A stretch of DNA of 63,577 nucleotides, counting the filler, from Chiloscyllium plagiosum (Eukaryota), in the NCBI RefSeq assembly GCF_004010195.1. It is 4 parts of one record of this genome, joined end to end, with 100 filler letters (N's around TTAATTAATTAA, not from the genome) between each part and the next. Parts side by side here need not be neighbours in the genome. Positions count along the whole stretch, not along the records: positions 1 to 31,112 come from NC_057716.1; 3 more parts are not named here. One strand, written 5' to 3'. How positions within the stretch are numbered: position 1 is the first letter of the stretch; each line of letters begins with the position of its first letter. Positions 14,481 to 26,434 of the stretch are shown here, piece after piece. The translations under genes were made by a program, and so were the position numbers. The notes beneath the pieces were generated by a model. It had not been told where the DNA came from and made no database searches. It saw nothing but the letters and a program-made list of their open reading frames with translations.

Positions 14481-14697
14481 TGATGTGGAGACGCTGGTAT
14501 TGGACTGGGGTGGACAAAGTTAAAAATGACACAACACCAGGTTATAGTCCAACAGGTTTATTTGGAAGTACAAGCTTTTGGAGCGCTGTTCCTTCACCCA
14601 GTAACTAGCTACCTGATGAAGGAGCATTGCTCCAAAAACTTGTACTTTCAAATAAACCGGTTGGACTATAGCCTGGTGTTGTGTGATTTTTAACTTT
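14481..14697. mobile_element. Short palindromic hammerhead-type element (family B), decayed
   Basis: Inverted arms AAAGTTAAAAATGACACAACACCAGGTTATAGTCCAAC / GTTGGACTATAGCCTGGTGTTGTGTGATTTTTAACTTT. Core CTGATGAAGGAGCATTGCTCCAAAA has GAAA mutated. Confidence 0.75.
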
Positions 14698-15181
14698 CTT
14701 TTAGCTTGTCATCATGTCCTCCTCTCCACCCCATCTCAGTTACCGTCCTTTCATGTCTGGCAGGAGACACCCCATTGTTCTGCCATTCTCACATTCCCAT
14801 CACTTATTCTGAACTATCAGAGGTGCACAAAGGGGCATTGACAGGATAGATAGGGAGAAACCTTTGTCTTCACTAAGAGAAACCACAAAAGTCACAGTTT
14901 TACCGTAACAGGATGGAGCGGATTTGAGGAACATATTTTATACCCAAACAGTTGTGAGTATCTGAAACTCACTGTCTACAAGTGCAGGAACCCTCAAGAC
15001 ATTTAACAACCATTTAGGTGAGCACTTGAAGCCTCATTGTATCCAAGGTAATGGGCTAAAAACCGGAATTAAGATTAGAATGGATGGATGATTGATGACC
15101 AGCATGGGTATGATGGAGCAAAGGGTTTCTTTCCATGCTCTAAAATCTCAGTGACTCACCTAGTCTTTTGTCCTAAAGTCT

Positions 15182-15216
15182 AGTCCTGAAGACAGGTTAT
15201 ACCTGAAACGTTGACT
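15182..15216 (+). ncRNA. Minimal type I hammerhead ribozyme motif (isolated copy)
   Basis: AGTC-CTGAAGA-C-AGGT-TAT-ACCT-GAAA-CG-TT-GACT: stem I AGTC/GACT, stem II AGGT/ACCT, intact core. Confidence 0.68.
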
Positions 15217-15567
15217 TATAGAGTCATAGAGTCATAGTGATGCGCAGCACAGAAACAGACCCTTTGGTTCACCTCATCCACACCGACCAGATTTCCAACC
15301 CAATCTAGTCCCACCTGCCAGCACCCGGCCCATATCTCTCCAAACCCTTCCTATTCATATATCCATCCAGATGCCTTTTAAGTATTTTAATTGTACCAGC
15401 CTCCACCACTTCCTCTGGCAGCTCATTCCATACACGCACCACCCTCTGTGAGAAAAAGCTGCCCCTTAGGTCTCTTTTATATCTTTCCCCTGTCAGCCTG
15501 AACTTATGCCCTCTAGTTCTGGACTCCCCTACCCAGGGAAAAGACTTTGTCTATTTATCCTATCCAT

Positions 15568-15950
15568 AGTTAAAAATCACACAACACCAGGTTATCGTCC
15601 AACAAGTTTAATTGGAAGCACGGGCTTTCTGAGCGCTGCTCCTTCATCAGGTGGTTGTGGACTCATTTGGTATGCTTTCCTTTATTGGCCAGAGTATTGA
15701 GTATAGGAATTAGGAGGTCATGTTGCAGCTGTACAGGACATTGGTTAGGCCACTATTGGAATATTGCGTGCAATTTTGGTCTCCTGCCTATCGGAAAGAT
15801 GTTGTGAAACTTGAAAGACTCCACAAGCACCTGATGAAGGAGCAGCGCTCTGAAAGCTAGTGCTTCCAATTAAACCTGTTGGACTATAACCTGGTGTTAT
15901 GTGATTTTTAACTTTGTACACCCCAGTCCAACACCGGAATCTCCAAATCA
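15568..15950. mobile_element. Family B inverted-arm hammerhead element carrying a roughly 150-bp CR1 fragment, 12-bp TSD
   Basis: TATCCTATCCAT at 15556-15567 and 15951-15962. Arms at about 15568-15664 (-) and 15817-15950 (+). Confidence 0.82.
15825..15865 (+). ncRNA. Minimal type I hammerhead ribozyme motif (family B)
   Basis: AAGCAC-CTGATGA-A-GGAGC-AGC-GCTCT-GAAA-GC-TA-GTGCTT: perfect 6-bp stem I, 5-bp stem II (one G-U), palindromic AGCT helix III. Predicted cut after A15859. Confidence 0.78.
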
Positions 15951-18900
15951 TATCCTATCCATGCCCCTCATGATTTTATAAACCTCTATAAGGTCACCCC
16001 TCAGCCTCCAATGCTCCAGGGAAAACAGCCCTAGCCTATTCAACCTCTCCCTGTAGCTCAAATCCTCCAACCCTGGTAACATCCTTGTAAATCTTTTCTG
16101 AACCCTTTCAAGTTTCACAGTATTCTTCAGATAGGAAGGAGACCAGAATTGCACACAGTATTCCAATAGTGGCCTAACCAATGTCCTGTACAGCCGCAAC
16201 ATGACCTCCCAACTCCTTTACTCAATATTCTGACCAATAAACGTCTTTTTTCATTATCCTATCTACCTGTGACTCCACTTTCAAAGAGCTATGAACCTGC
16301 ACACCAAGGTCTCTTTGTTCAGCAACACTCCCTAGGACCTTACCATTAAGTGTATAACTCCTGCTAAGATTTACTTTCCCAAAATGCAGCACCTCACATT
16401 TATCTAAATTAAACTCCATCTGCCACTTCTCAGCCCACTGGCCCATCTGATCAAGATCCCGTTGTAATTTGATGTAACCTTCTTCGCTGTCCACTACACC
16501 TCCAATTTTGGTGTCATCTGCAAACTTACTAACTGTACCTCTTATGCTCACATCCACCTCCTGATGGATGTGTCCTTCTTGCATGCCTTCTAGTCTTTTG
16601 GCAACAGTTCTCCTGCTGTTGGACAGACCCTACTCAGTGAACTTTGGATGTCTTATTTCTGACTTCGGAAGAATAGTGGCTCAGGCTTGATGATGTGTGC
16701 AATTTGTCATAAAAACTATAACCCTATCGCATCAGCATGTCCCAAATCACTTGTACAGCCGAAGTACTGAAGTGTGGCCATGATTGTAACATAGCAAATG
16801 CAGTTGCCAATTTGTACGTAGTATGTTCCCACAAACTGGTAACGTGGCAGTTAGGGAGATGATGGCTTAGCAGTATTATTGCTGGACTATTAGTCCAGAG
16901 ACCCAGGTCATGTTCTGGGGATCTGGTTTTGAATCCTGCCATGGCAGATGGTGGAATTTAAATTCAATAAAAATCCTGGAATTGGGAGTCTGGTGATGAC
17001 CATGAATCCATTGTTAATTGTCAGAAAAACCCATCTGGTTCACGGATGTACTTTAGGGAGGGAATCTGCCATCATTACTTGGTTTGGCCTACATGTGACT
17101 CGAGACCCACAGCAATGTGGTTGACTCTTAACTGCCCTTTGGCCTCGCCAGCAATGCCCTCATCCTATGAGCAAATAGAATTGCCTGATTTTGAAATGTC
17201 AGGAAGCTAGAGAAAAATAGGCTGAGAGTAGTCAATAAACTCTCTCCATGAAAGAAGGTGTGTTGGTTTTCTTTCTCAATGATTGGTTTGGAAACCTGGA
17301 GATTGTCTGCTGCTGTCTCACCTCTACATTTGGCTCTGCGTTTCCCAGAATCCCTCGCTTTGACTGCACACCCTCCTTGAGCTCTCTACCCTCCTGAATC
17401 CCCTCAATCGCCTACACCCTCCTCAATGGTCAATGCACAGACCCGCCCCCCCCCAAACCCCTGTCACCCAGGACAGTATCCAACCCTAACCTCTGACTGA
17501 CCTCAATAAGCAGCCCGAGATGTGACTGACCAGAGCCCTGACCGCTGTCCTTGGAGCTCCCAGCTGACCCCTTGACTGTTGCTGCTGGCCTCACAGAACT
17601 GATCACTGCCCAGTCCCCGGAACTGTACTTGGACATGTCCCCAGACTGGGACCAGTTTAAGGGGTGACAGTCTATGGCCAGGCGCTTGAGTGTGTGTGGA
17701 CTGTACCCATGACTGACTGTCCCAGGACTCTCTGACCAATAGTGACCACCTCACCCCCACAATCTCTTGACTGACTGAAGACTTACCCTCATTCACTTCC
17801 CGATATGGCCATGAGGTTGAACATGCGCATGGTGTTTTTGCAGTGCGGGGAACTATATGTCCTTGTGAGCCACGTAATGATGGATCGGAAAGGTTTAAAA
17901 GGTTTAGAAGGATATGGACCAAATGCAGGGAAGTGGGGTTCGTGTGGATGGACATTTTTGGTCAGCATGGACCAGTTTTGGGCCAAAGGGCCTGTCTCTG
18001 TGCTGTAGGACTCTAGAACTCAATGAACAAGACAGGCTTCACTGGGCGTTAGATAAGCTCTGCCAGGTGTGAACTGGACTTCACAGGGGATCGAGATGGG
18101 CTTTGCTGGGCCTGGGATAGGCCTTGCTGGACATCTCGCCTGATTCCGCTACTTTTCTCACCTTTGTCCACTTTGCTCAGGCACCAGAAAGATACTAGCC
18201 TCTGTTTCTAATTGCAGAGATTGGGGGGGGGGGGGGGGGTCAGGCGTCCAAAGGCACGGTGAAGAAAATCCAGAATGCTCGAAGAGGCCGGAATGCGAGG
18301 AAGGCGGCTGGGGGGTTGGAGTGGGGTCGGTGATGGTGGGTTTGGGGGCCAGAGGTGGTTATAGAGACAGGGAAAGGGCAGGGACCATGAAGGCATTTGA
18401 AAGCACAAGTGAGAATTCCAAAACAGAGGCACGGTGGCTCAGTGCTTAGCACTGCTGCCTCACAGCACCATGGACTTGGGTTCAATCCCACCCTTGGGCG
18501 AATGATTGTGTGGAATTTGCATGTCCTCCCTGTGTCTATGTGTGTGTGTGCTCTGGTTTCCTCCCACAGCAGTCCAAAGATGTGAAGGTTGGGTGGATTT
18601 TGGCTATGCTAAATTGCTCATAGTGTTCAGGGATGTGTAAGTTATGTGGATTAGCCTTGAGAAATACAGGGTTACAGGGATAGGGTGGGATGCTCTTTGG
18701 AGAGTCAGTGTGGACTTGTTGGGCCGAATGGCCTGTTTCCACACTAAGGATTCTATGAAAAGAGGTGTCACTGACAGGAGAGCCCAACAGGGGATATGCT
18801 TGGTAAAACCAAATGGACTGAGAACCAAGGTGGTTCCCTCTGTTTTAATGGGGTGGTGCTTGCTCAGGTGAACGTGGGTGGGGATCGGTGGGGGGATGGG

Positions 18901-20494
18901 GCATGTAACGGGGTGGTGAATAAGTATCAGGGTGACCTTCGAAAAGACACTGGCTCACAGGAATGATCCAATCAGGTCCATTTGTTAATAAATCATCCAT
19001 CTTAATCATTGGCTGGACGTCCTCCATTAATAACTCACTGGTTCAAGCTGTCTGTGGCCACAATGAACCTAATGGAAGTATTTATTTAGATAATGTTTTT
19101 TGCTTCTCCATCCCCCCCACCCCCCCTCCCCACAAGGAAGTTTCTAATTAGGGAATGAATTTCTGTGTAAGACCCTGATCAGAAGACAAATAGGTTTCTC
19201 TGACAGAGCCACTTAGGGCTTATCAGCTCCTACTGACAAAGAGGCAAATTAAACCATTTCTAATCATTCACTAAGCTCCTGTCAGCCACACCTCGACAGT
19301 GTTGAGTTCCTGAGACCACCAGGCATTTTAGCTCCACACATTTAATCCAACCCCCCCCCCCCCCCCCCCCCCCCCCCACCACCCCACTGCTCACGGTGGT
19401 GTCAGGATTCAAATTGAAGTTAAAACACATTCACCAAGAATAACTCTTATCACTTATGTCGCCACATTCTAAGCAATGCCTTTTTCTGTATCATAAATAA
19501 CCTGTTTGTTGGAGTCGCTCATTTGCCTTTACGATGGGCAGGCCTGATGTCCATTTACAAGCTGCTACCTTCTTGTTAAGCTCTCTGTCTGAGGCAGCTC
19601 TGGACTATATCCTCCATCTTGAATCTGCCCAAATGTTGAACCCCCTTTTCCCTACCCCCACCCCAGCACTGCTAACACCGACTGAGCTCACTCAAGCTGC
19701 TGTGGCAATACCTAATTCGATATAAAAGCTAAGTAGTGCTGGTGCTGCAAATCGGAAATGACAGCAGAAAGTGCTGGAGAAACTCGGCAGGTCTGGCAGC
19801 ACCTGTGGAGAGAGAAAACAGAGTTAATTCTCTGCCACAGAAAGCAGTTGAGGCCGAAACATTGAATGCTTTCAAGAAGGAGTTATAGTTCTTAAGGCTA
19901 AAGGGTATAGTATAGGGAGAAAGCAGGAACAGGAGACTGAGTTGGATAATCAGACATGATCATGTTGAATGGTGGAGCAGGCTGGAAGGGCCTACTCCTA
20001 TCTTCCACATTAACATTCCAAGTCCAACGTGATTCTTTTTCAATCCTGAAGAATCATAGAATCCCTACAGTATATAGACAGGACATTTGGCCCATTGAGT
20101 CCACACTGACCCTCTGAAGAGCATCCCAACCAGATTCCAGCCCCTACCTTTTCCCTGTAACTCCCATGGCCAGTCCACCTAACCTGCATATCTTTGGAGT
20201 ATGGAAGGAAACCGGAGCACCTGGAGGGAATGCATGCAGACATGGGGAGAATGTGCAAACTTCAATACAGTCATCCAAGGATGGAATTGAACCCAGGTTC
20301 CTGATGCTGTGAGGTAGCAGTGCTAACCAATGTGCTGCCCTTAAACTCTGATTTCTCTCCATAGATGCTGCCAAACCTGCTGCATTTCCCCAGCAATTTC
20401 TGATTTGTTTCATGATTCTTCTTCAGTACTTTCACAAGAGTTATCTAGCAGACGTAGCATTTTAGATCTCAGGATAAGGTTTAAGCCAATCAGT

Positions 20495-21425
20495 CATGGA
20501 ATCATAGAATCATAGAGATGTACAGCACAGAAACACACCCTTCGGTCCAACTCGTCCATGCCGACCAGGTATCCTAACCTAATCTAGTCCCATTTGCCAG
20601 TACTTGGCCAATTTCCCTCTAAACCTTTCTTATTCATGTACTCATCCAGATGCCTTTTAAATGTTGTAATTGTACCAGCGTCCACTATGTCCGCTGGCAG
20701 CTCATTCCATTCACACACCACCCTCTGTATGAAAAAGCTGTCCCTTTGGTCCCTTTCAAATTTTTCCCCTAAACCTATGCCCTCTAGTTCTGGTCTCCCC
20801 CGCCTCAGGGAAAAGACTTTGTCTATTTATCCTATCCATGCCCCTCATGATCTTATTAACCTCTATAAGGTCATCCCTCAGTCTCCGACACTCCAGGGAA
20901 AACAGCCCCAGCCTGTTTAGCCTCTCCCTATAGTTCAAATCCTCCAACCCTGGCAACATCTTTGTAAATCTTTTCTGAACCCTTTCAAGTTTCACAGTAT
21001 TCTTCAGATAGGAAGGAGACCAGAATTGCATGCAATATTCCAAAAATGGCCTAATCAATGTCCTGTACAGCTGCAACATGACCTCCCAACTCCTGTAATC
21101 AGGGCTCTGACCAATAAAGGAAAGCATACCAAATGCCTTCTTCACTATCTTATCTACCTGCAACTCCACTTTCAATGAACTATGAACCTGCACTCCAAGG
21201 TCTTTTTGTTCAGCAACACTCCCCAGGGCCTTACCATTACGTGTATAAGTCCTGCTCTGATTTTCCTTTCCAAAATGCAGCACCTCGCATTTATCTGCAT
21301 TAAACTCCATCTGCTACTCCTCAGCCCATTGGCCCATCTGAGGAATCTGTTGTAATCTGAGGAAACCCTCTTCACTGTCCACTACACCTCCAATTTTGGA
21401 GTCATCTCCAAACTTACAAACTATA
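20495..21425 (-). mobile_element. CR1 LINE 3' portion
   Basis: 184-aa ORF MEFNADKCEVLHFGK...LERVQKRFTKMLPGL...TRGHRF, plus tail. Confidence 0.92.
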
Positions 21426-21433
21426 CAGACAGT

Positions 21434-21753
21434 GGGCGGCACGGTGGCACAATGGTTAGCACTGCTGCCTCACAACACCAGAGACCCGGGTTCAATTCCC
21501 GACTCAGGCAACTGACTGTGTGGAGTTTGCACATTCTCCCCGTGTCTGCGTGGGTTTCCTCCGGGTGCTCCGGTTTCCTTCCACAGTCCAAAAGATGTGT
21601 AGGTCAGGTGAATTGGTCATGCTAAATTGCTCGTAGTATTAGGTAAGGGGTAAATGTAGGGGTATGGGTGGGTTGCGCTTCGGCGGGGCGGTGTGGACTT
21701 GTTGGCCCGAAGGGCCTGTTTCCACACTGGAAGTAATCTAATCTAATCTAATC
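21434..21753 (+). mobile_element. HE1/V-SINE, full length
   Basis: tRNA-like head with A box (GTGGCACAATGG) and B box (GGTTCAATTCC), V-domain TGTGTGGAGTTTGCACATTCTCCCCGTGTCTGCGTGGGTTTCCTCCGGGTGCTCCGG, CR1-like tail and (TAATC)n. Further copies at about 4185-4525(-), 10760-11062(-), 18428-18755(+), 20050-20340(-), 22875-23190(-), 27955-28245(-), 43297-43575(-), 46180-46460(-), 48315-48605(+), 49575-49865(-). Confidence 0.9.
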
Positions 21754-22549
21754 AACAAGGGAAACTATATAAATAAATTGGATGTGAAGATAATCTTTGA
21801 ATCTGCTTCAACATTCAAAAAGAGACTGGCTGAAATGAAGGTGCTGTTAACCCTACTTTCCTCTCTGACACCCCCCCCCCCCCCACTCCATGACCCATTT
21901 GCTAAATGAAAATCTAGCTAACTCAATCCTGCATCAATTCAACATTGTTGGACTATGGGAGGAAACCCACCCAGATACATGGGGAAAGTGTAAACTCCAC
22001 ACCAGTGAACACCTCAGGCTGGGATTGAACCTGGGTCCCTAGCGGTATGAGGTAGCAGTGATAACCACTGAGCCACAATGCCACCTCACAACAGCTGCAT
22101 TTAAAACCCCATCTGGTTCACTAAGACCCATCTTTTCCTGGTCTGGCCTACACGTGACTCCTATCTCATAGCAATGTTGCTGACTCTTAACTGACCTCCA
22201 AAATGACCCAGCAAACCACTTAATCACCTGCTGGAGGCAAACTGCTGAGAAAAACTGCTCAGAGTGTTTCACAGGAGCATAAGCAAAAAATAAGAATCAT
22301 CACAGGAGCAGACACAAAATGGCTGCTCAATTGTTCGGTCAAAAAGATGGGCTTTAAGGAGAAGAGAGAGGTGAGGAGATTTAGGAAAGGAATTGACCTG
22401 AGGACAGATTTTGGATGTCAAGGTTAGAAGGGACAAGACAGAGATTTAAACATGAGAATGAAAATATTAAATATCTGGACTCCATCAGCATCATGATCTC
22501 ACTAAGAGCCACCGTCACAAATAACAATTTTGTCAATGTAACTTTTTTT

Positions 22550-23595
22550 TATTCACTCATGAGACCTGGGAGTCACTGGCTGGACCAACATTAACTTTCT
22601 GTCAAGGTGGTGGTGAGCTGCCTTCTTGAACCGCTGCAGTCCATGTGCTGTAGGTAGACCCACAATGCCCTTAGGGAGGGAATTCCAGAGTTTTGACCCA
22701 GCAACACTGAAGAAACGGCAATATATTACCATGTCAGGATGGTGAGTGCTTGGAGGGGAACTTGAAGGGGGTGGTGTTCTCATGTATCTGCTGCCCTTGT
22801 CCTTCTAGATGAACGTCGCTGTGGTTTTGGAAGGTGATGTATGAAGATTGTTGGCAAATTTCTGCAGTACACCATAGAATCCCTACAGTATGGATGCAGG
22901 CCATTTGGCCCATCACGTTTGCAACAACCCACTGAAGAGCACCCAACCCAAACTCAACCCCCTACCCTATCCCTATAACCCTGCATTTCCCATGGCTAAT
23001 CCACCTAACCTGCACAATTTAGCATGACCAATCCATTTAACCTGCACATCTTTGAACTGTGGGAGGAAACCCACGTAAACACTGGGAAACCGTGCAAACT
23101 CCTTACGGACAGTCACCCGAAGGTGGAATCGAACCCGAGTCCCTGGTGCTGTGAGGTGACATGGTTATCCACTGAATCACTGTGCCACAACATGCAGACA
23201 GTATACGCTACTGCTACTGAGCATCGGTGGAGGAGGAAGTGGATGTTTGTGGATGTGATGCCAATTGAGTGGCCTGCTTTGTCCTGGATGGTGTCAAGCT
23301 TCTTGAATGTTGTTGGGGCTGCACCAATCGAGACAAGTAGGGAGAATTCCATCGCACTCTTGACTTGTGCCTTGTAGATGGTGGACAGGTTTTAGGGAGT
23401 CAGGAGGTGAGTTCCTCACAACAGTATTCCTAGCCTCTGACTTGCCTTTGTAGGCACTGTGTTTATGTGACAAGTCCAGTTGGGTGTTTGGTCAATGGTA
23501 ACCCTCAGGATGCTGATAGTGGGGATTCAGTGGATGGGATGGGGGGATGATAGTTAGATTGTCTGTTATTGGAGATGGTCATTGCCTGGTATTTG
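22550..23595 (-). mobile_element. Old non-LTR retrotransposon 3' remnant (clade not resolved) with nested HE1 SINE
   Basis: ...KKLDTIQDKAGHSIG...IHFLLHRCSVA and ...FSVAGSKLWNSLPKGIVGLPTAHGLQRFKKAAHHHL. A related copy lies at about 50725-51400. Confidence 0.65.
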
Positions 23596-25927
23596 TGTTC
23601 TATTGAAGGCTCTGGAGGAGCAGTGATAGTGTCTCTTCCTCTTGGCCAGGAAGCTCTGGAGCAAGTCCCACCTGCTCCACAGGTGTGTAATGATATCTCT
23701 GAACAGGTTGATTAGAAAATATGGTGAAGGTGGTCCAATCTGTCTTCTAAAATAGTGCCTCGTGACGGTTTAGTTTTGGCTCTACTTCCAACAGTACCAC
23801 TTGGAGAATACCAGCCTCAATATTGCAACTCCCATGTGGGACACAGACTCGGAGGTAAGTGGGCTTCCCACTGAACTGTGGTCGATTGACTGCCTCAGCC
23901 CCGAATCCTGACAGCAATGATGCCACCAATTGGCCTTCATCTACAGCTGATCCACTATTAACACATCACCCATTGAAAGAAAGAATAAACTTTCATTTTT
24001 ACAGGGCCTCAGGACGTTTCAAAATTTCAAATTCGGATATTGCTGGAACTAATATTTAAAATAATATTAATCTATAACATTGCAGTCAAATGACTGATTT
24101 TTTAAAATTGGTCCAATTTTAAACTTGGAATTTGAGGAAAGGAGTTTTCAGTGTGTGTGCTGTCAAGTAAGTGAGAAAAATCAATGTAGTATAGCCCAAA
24201 GGTCTTTTCAAACTTGTCCTGTAATTACTGCCCAGTGGAGAGATGAATGGCCTGCAGTTGGTTTCACATACACTATAAAGTCAACATTTTCTTTTGCATT
24301 TTTGATTGTGAACTGAAATGAGGAAAGAACTGTTTGAAAAGCCGAGGATTGTGGAAGACGTTGCTGCACTTTGTAAGAGCAAATTACGGAAACTTATCGT
24401 AAGGTGTGTTTACAGTGCTCCTTTGTTCAGGCAGTGGATGGGGCTGTCTGTAGATGGGTCAGCGTCTAGATTAGAGTGGTGCTGGAAAAGCACAGCGGGT
24501 CAGGCAGCATCCATTTCCTGCTCCTCAGATGCTGCCTGACCTGCTGTGCTTTTCCAGCACCATTTTAATCTAGACTCTGATCTCCAGCATCTGTAGTCTA
24601 TAGATGGGCCAGCACCAGGCGGGCATACACAAAGTGAGACTCAGCCAGCACTAGGTTACTGATTGGTTTGTGGAGTTGTGACTAGTTGTGGATGCCAAAG
24701 CCCATCAGCTTGACAACAATTCTCTGATTGGCTCCTGGGTACCTAAACAGCTTGTGGTGTGAACAATATTGGCAGAAGCCTTTGGACTGCTGCAAAGTGC
24801 AGATGATGTGTCATCCTGGCGAGTAAAATACCTAAAGCCTGAAGGAATGCCAGTTTTTTTTTGCCTGACTAGTTGCGGTAAATCTTGGCCCTTAACCAGT
24901 AACTAGGAGATCTCACAGTTTGCGTATCAACCACCAGTGCCTCCTGTGAAGAAGTAGAAAGAATCTGGAGAAGAGAGATTGAAGAACAGAAAGAACCAGG
25001 CAGGCAAAGAATTATCTCAGCAAACCCTGCAGACCAGGGCCATGAACTACTTCCCCAGATCTTCCTTTGCTCCATCTATTGCACCAATATATTTTGTCTG
25101 TATATTTGTGTGAGTAGGATTGTTTTAGAAGGGAGAGTTTTAACTGGTAGAGTGAAATGTCAACAGTCCGCAGCTGTTGCTCTGTGGTTAGAATCTACTA
25201 AACATTTGTTTAAGTGTGTCTTGGGCCATGTTTCCCATTAGCCTGAGTCCAGCTGATTTGCAAATTGGGGATTTTGGTACTTGGATGATTTTTTTAACTT
25301 CAGTGACAACTCCAATGGCTTGATTTTCACCAGTGAGATGTGATAGTACCTGTACATGTGTAGGAATGTACACACATACACTTTCAGCACATAGACGTGT
25401 AACCTTCAAATGCTCATGTGCACACAGGAACACACACATATGCACTTGAGCATGCAGGTGTGATCACTTGCATATATAATACACACACACGTGCTCATTC
25501 ATCCATACCATCACAATGCCCCACAAAGACACATGTACACACACATACACTTCATCCATCTACTGCACTTAACACTGAGAGAGTGGTAAAGAGGCAAGGA
25601 CTGCTAATCTACAATAATGAATAAGACAGTTCATTAATTGGACGTGTTAAACAGGAGCTGTGCAGCAGGGGTCGATGGATAAAGTAGACTCTATAATACT
25701 GTTATAATTGCACCCCATGATAAATATCACCCTTAGCCCTAGAAGCAATGCATAGTGATATTTACAAGGCAAAATTGGCAGGGCACAGTCAGATTGCTGA
25801 TAGAGAGTGCCTTTCCCTGAAATGACCCTAACCAGTGAGTGCAGTCAATTCCACTTGAAAAAATAACCCGCACAACACAATTTTATTATTAACTTGTCAG
25901 CGATGCGCACTTAACTGGACTACTCAC

Positions 25928-26023
25928 CAGCTCATTCATTCTGTTTTGTTGAGTTCTTGACCGTATGGGATACTTATCACTGAGAACCCAGTTTTGTCAG
26001 TGAAGTTTCACCCAGTCGTAGCC
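25928..26023 (-). other. Candidate 96-nt exon of an unidentified gene (5'UTR plus possible ATG AAT GAG CTG start, or non-coding)
   Basis: T-rich tract + TTTCAG acceptor and CTG|GTGAGT donor in non-repetitive sequence. All three through-frames contain stops; it ends in M-N-E-L. Confidence 0.3.
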
Positions 26024-26434
26024 CTGAAACTCACAATACAGACATTAAATAGAAAACAAATCTTCACCAGTCGTACACGGGCATGAGGCAAGAGCAAAGA
26101 GGGCAAAGGATCATGACCAATTACTCACTGGTAGCAGCCAGCTGGGTAACACAAAGTGGACAGACAGAAACCACTTCCACTGGTGGGAGAATGAAGATTG
26201 AGGGGGTCACGATCTTTAACGTGGAATTGGTCCATTCAGTGGGGAAGTCAGGGAGGATTACTTTTTCATTAGCCTTTCATGGGGATGAAGCAATTCCAGC
26301 ATTTGCTACCCTCCCTAATTACTGAGTGGCTTATTAGGCCACTTCAGAGGATGGTTAAGAGTCAACCATATCACAAGATCAGCCATGATTTAGATAAATG
26401 TCAGCAGGGGTGAGTGTTTGTATGGCTCAGTAGC

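Larger units (their letters stand above)
13455..14820. mobile_element. Rearranged Penelope-like element: minus-strand RT-thumb/GIY-YIG/3' remnant plus an inverted partial 3' copy, with nested hammerhead-type elements
   Basis: Minus strand GSLPFLDLSVSISGNNLSTAIHYK.TDSHSY..YSSSHP..CK..IPFSQFL...RICSDD (14003-14281) and LKLEEQ.HIFR.GTLQP..LNIE (about 13800-13885). About 14350-14820 is an inverted copy of about 13645-13890. Confidence 0.78.
15220..16555 (-). mobile_element. CR1 LINE 3' portion (RT C-terminus to tail), interrupted at 15568-15950
   Basis: SKFADDTKIGGVVDSEEG...LQRDLDQMGQWAEKWQMEFNLDKCEVLHFGK; LYRTLVRPLLEYCVQFWSP. Confidence 0.92.

Noticed and set aside
17340..18200. GC-richer unique-looking block, possibly a DNA transposon remnant
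   Set aside because: No TIRs, TSD or recognisable protein motif could be established by eye.
21434..21510. tRNA gene
   Set aside because: The A/B boxes belong to a SINE head that runs into the V-domain; no complete cloverleaf is evident.
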